From Mytilus edulis (taxonomy: Eukaryota), in NCBI RefSeq assembly GCF_963676685.1, contig NC_092348.1, positions 13,764,001 to 13,828,000 on the forward strand: a DNA stretch of 64,000 nucleotides, written 5' to 3'. Under the pieces are notes generated by a model. It was given only the letters and a program-made list of their open reading frames with translations. It was not told the DNA's origin and did no database searches. This document shows positions 62,225-64,000 of this stretch, in pieces; positions within the stretch are counted from its first letter, which is position 1, and the number at the start of each line of letters is the position of its first letter. The position numbers and the translations under genes are program-made.

Positions 62225-64000
62225 TTAGTTCCGATGCAAAGACCTTATCAGTGACTCAATATTAACGCCAAAATATGCAATCTTTAATGACTTGATAACA
62301 GTATCGTAATTATATCCCTTCTTAATAAGTCTATTCAAAGGTTTTGTAAGTTTCTGAGGTGAATACTGACACCTTTGTGCTTTATAAAGAATATTACCAT
62401 AAAAAATTGGATGTGAAATGCCTGAACGTATTAGAAGTCTGCATGTTGAGCTATATTTACGAATGATGTCTTTATACCGATGATAAAATTTAGTAAATGT
62501 TTTGACTAGTTTGTGATATCAAAAACCCTGGTGTAATAATTTTTCAGTAATACATAAATTTCTCTCGTTAAAATCTAAAACATTGTTACATACACGAGCG
62601 AATCGTCCAAGTTGAGATATATAAACACCGTAAGATGGTGACAAGGGAACGTCACCATCTAAAAACGGATAATTAACGATAGGAAATGAAAAATCATCCC
62701 TTTTATCATAAATTTTAGTATTCAGCTTTCCATTAGTGATATAGATATCAAGATCGAGAAAAGGGCAGTGGTCATTGTTAGTATTAGCTTTATTTAAAGT
62801 AAGTTCAACAGGATAAATTTCATTAATATACATACTGAAGTCGTCATTATTGAGAGCCAAAATATCATCCAAATATCTAAAAGTATTATTAAATTTGTTT
62901 ATCAGATGTTGTTTCGATGGGTCTTTGCTTATTTTTGTCATAAATTGTAACTCATAACAATACAAAAACAGGTCCGCAATAAGTGGTGCACAGTTAGTCC
63001 CCATTGGAATTCCGATAATCTGACGATATACGGAATCCCCAAAGCGAACAAAAATGTAATCTAGTAAAAATTCAAGGGCATATATAGTATCAAAGCATGT
63101 CCAATTAACATAGTTTTTTTGTTTATTGCTACTAAAAAATGACCTAAAAGAGTTTGAACATATATATTCACATTCTGATTTTTTGAATGCCCATTTAATT
63201 AGGTGTGTGAATTTTTTCTTAATGAGAATGTGAGGCAATGTGGTATACAGGGTAGAAAAATCAAAACTTTGAACAGATTCAAAATCACCAATATAAGCAT
63301 GCAATTTATCAAGTACTTCCAACGAGTTTTTGACACTCCAAAAGTAATTTATTCCACTATTTTTGAAGGCCTTATTTGAACAATTTATTATCAGGTTTTT
63401 AATTGTACCAAGTGTGCTGGTAAGAAGAATAGACAATTTAGTAGTTGAACAATGGCTTGAAGACGAAATAAATCTATATTTGTAAGGGGTTTTGTGTAGC
63501 TTCGGAAGCCAATACATAGTTGGGACTTTCATTGTATTTGGCTCTGCTTGTAAAGCGGTGGCTAAAAGTTTATGTTTGTTACAGATTTCGTTTTCTGAAA
63601 ATGGAGTCAGTTGGAATGTTGGTGAATTGGTGATTTCCTTTTTCAGAACCTAAATGTAAAATTTACGTCAAACAATAATAATATTATTAGCAGCTTTATC
63701 TGCCGGGACAAAAACAAATTCCTTGCCTAGTTCTTTTAGTTTATGTTTGATACGAGAAATAGGTTTATTGTGGTTATTGTTTATAGTAAAATGTTCTTTA
63801 AAATGTTGAATACGTATATCAACTATCTTCATTACTGAATTAAAAAAAGAGTCCAAAGATTTTTTGTCAGCTTTTTCCCGTTTTATCCATTTCATACAGT
63901 AAGTATGGAGTGAGTCGTGGATGATATTACGACACTCATTCCAATTAATAATTGACGGGGGACGATATTTAGGTCCTTTACTGAGGAATGATTTTAACTC
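62225..64000 (-). pseudogene. PLE reverse transcriptase with putative Sec codon (TGA 63670-63668) and two likely nonsense mutations (TAG 63652-50, TGA 62521-19)
   Basis: KGPKYRPP, DKAANNIIIV-U-RKFY, YWLPKLHK, FDFSTLYT, GIPMGTNCAP, FRYLDD and YDKRDDF motifs all lie in one frame. Confidence 0.9.

Larger units (their letters stand above)
61575..64000 (-). mobile_element. Naiad-type Penelope-like retrotransposon of a selenoprotein-encoding lineage, cut by the window edge
   Basis: Single frameshift-free RT frame from 64000 to TAA at 62227-62225, followed by a ~650-nt 3' UTR containing a SECIS. Confidence 0.93.

Noticed and set aside
62519-62521. Second in-frame TGA in the PLE RT as another Sec codon
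   Set aside because: The context QGF*YHKL fits an Arg (CGA) position rather than a Cys position, so CpG deamination is the simpler explanation.

Overview
This is an AT-rich, intron-containing animal genomic window. Its repeat content suggests a bivalve mollusc, probably a Mytilus-like mussel (inference). It consists almost entirely of nested, mostly decayed mobile elements: (1) a structurally complete DIRS1-type tyrosine-recombinase retrotransposon (9594-14883) with inverted terminal repeats (ITRs) and an internal complementary region (ICR); (2) several Penelope-like elements (PLEs) of the permuted 'Naiad' type, with the GIY-YIG domain N-terminal to the RT; (3) Tx1/L1-like LINE remnants, Ngaro/DIRS-like remnants and a spliced Crypton recombinase pseudogene; (4) Kolobok and piggyBac-like elements sharing one TTAA, plus pogo and MULE remnants; (5) Helentron-associated (HINE/DINE-like) elements and hammerhead-ribozyme retrozymes; (6) a CAC...GTG element with a 5-bp target duplication and an inverted duplication of its flank; (7) an old ~3 kb segmental duplication and a spliced C2H2 zinc-finger gene. 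The standout is the PLE at the right edge (61575-64000, minus strand). It has an in-frame TGA where a sister PLE in this window has Cys, and a canonical type II SECIS just after its true stop, indicating a selenoprotein-encoding retrotransposon. This class is already described, and this particular copy carries nonsense mutations. The best candidate for something undescribed is a set of four diverged insertions without terminal inverted repeats. They share a TTAAG end, a long hairpin with a GCG-N1-2-AGCG apex, and at most a 2-bp target core. All calls come from reading the sequence by eye; no database searches were run.
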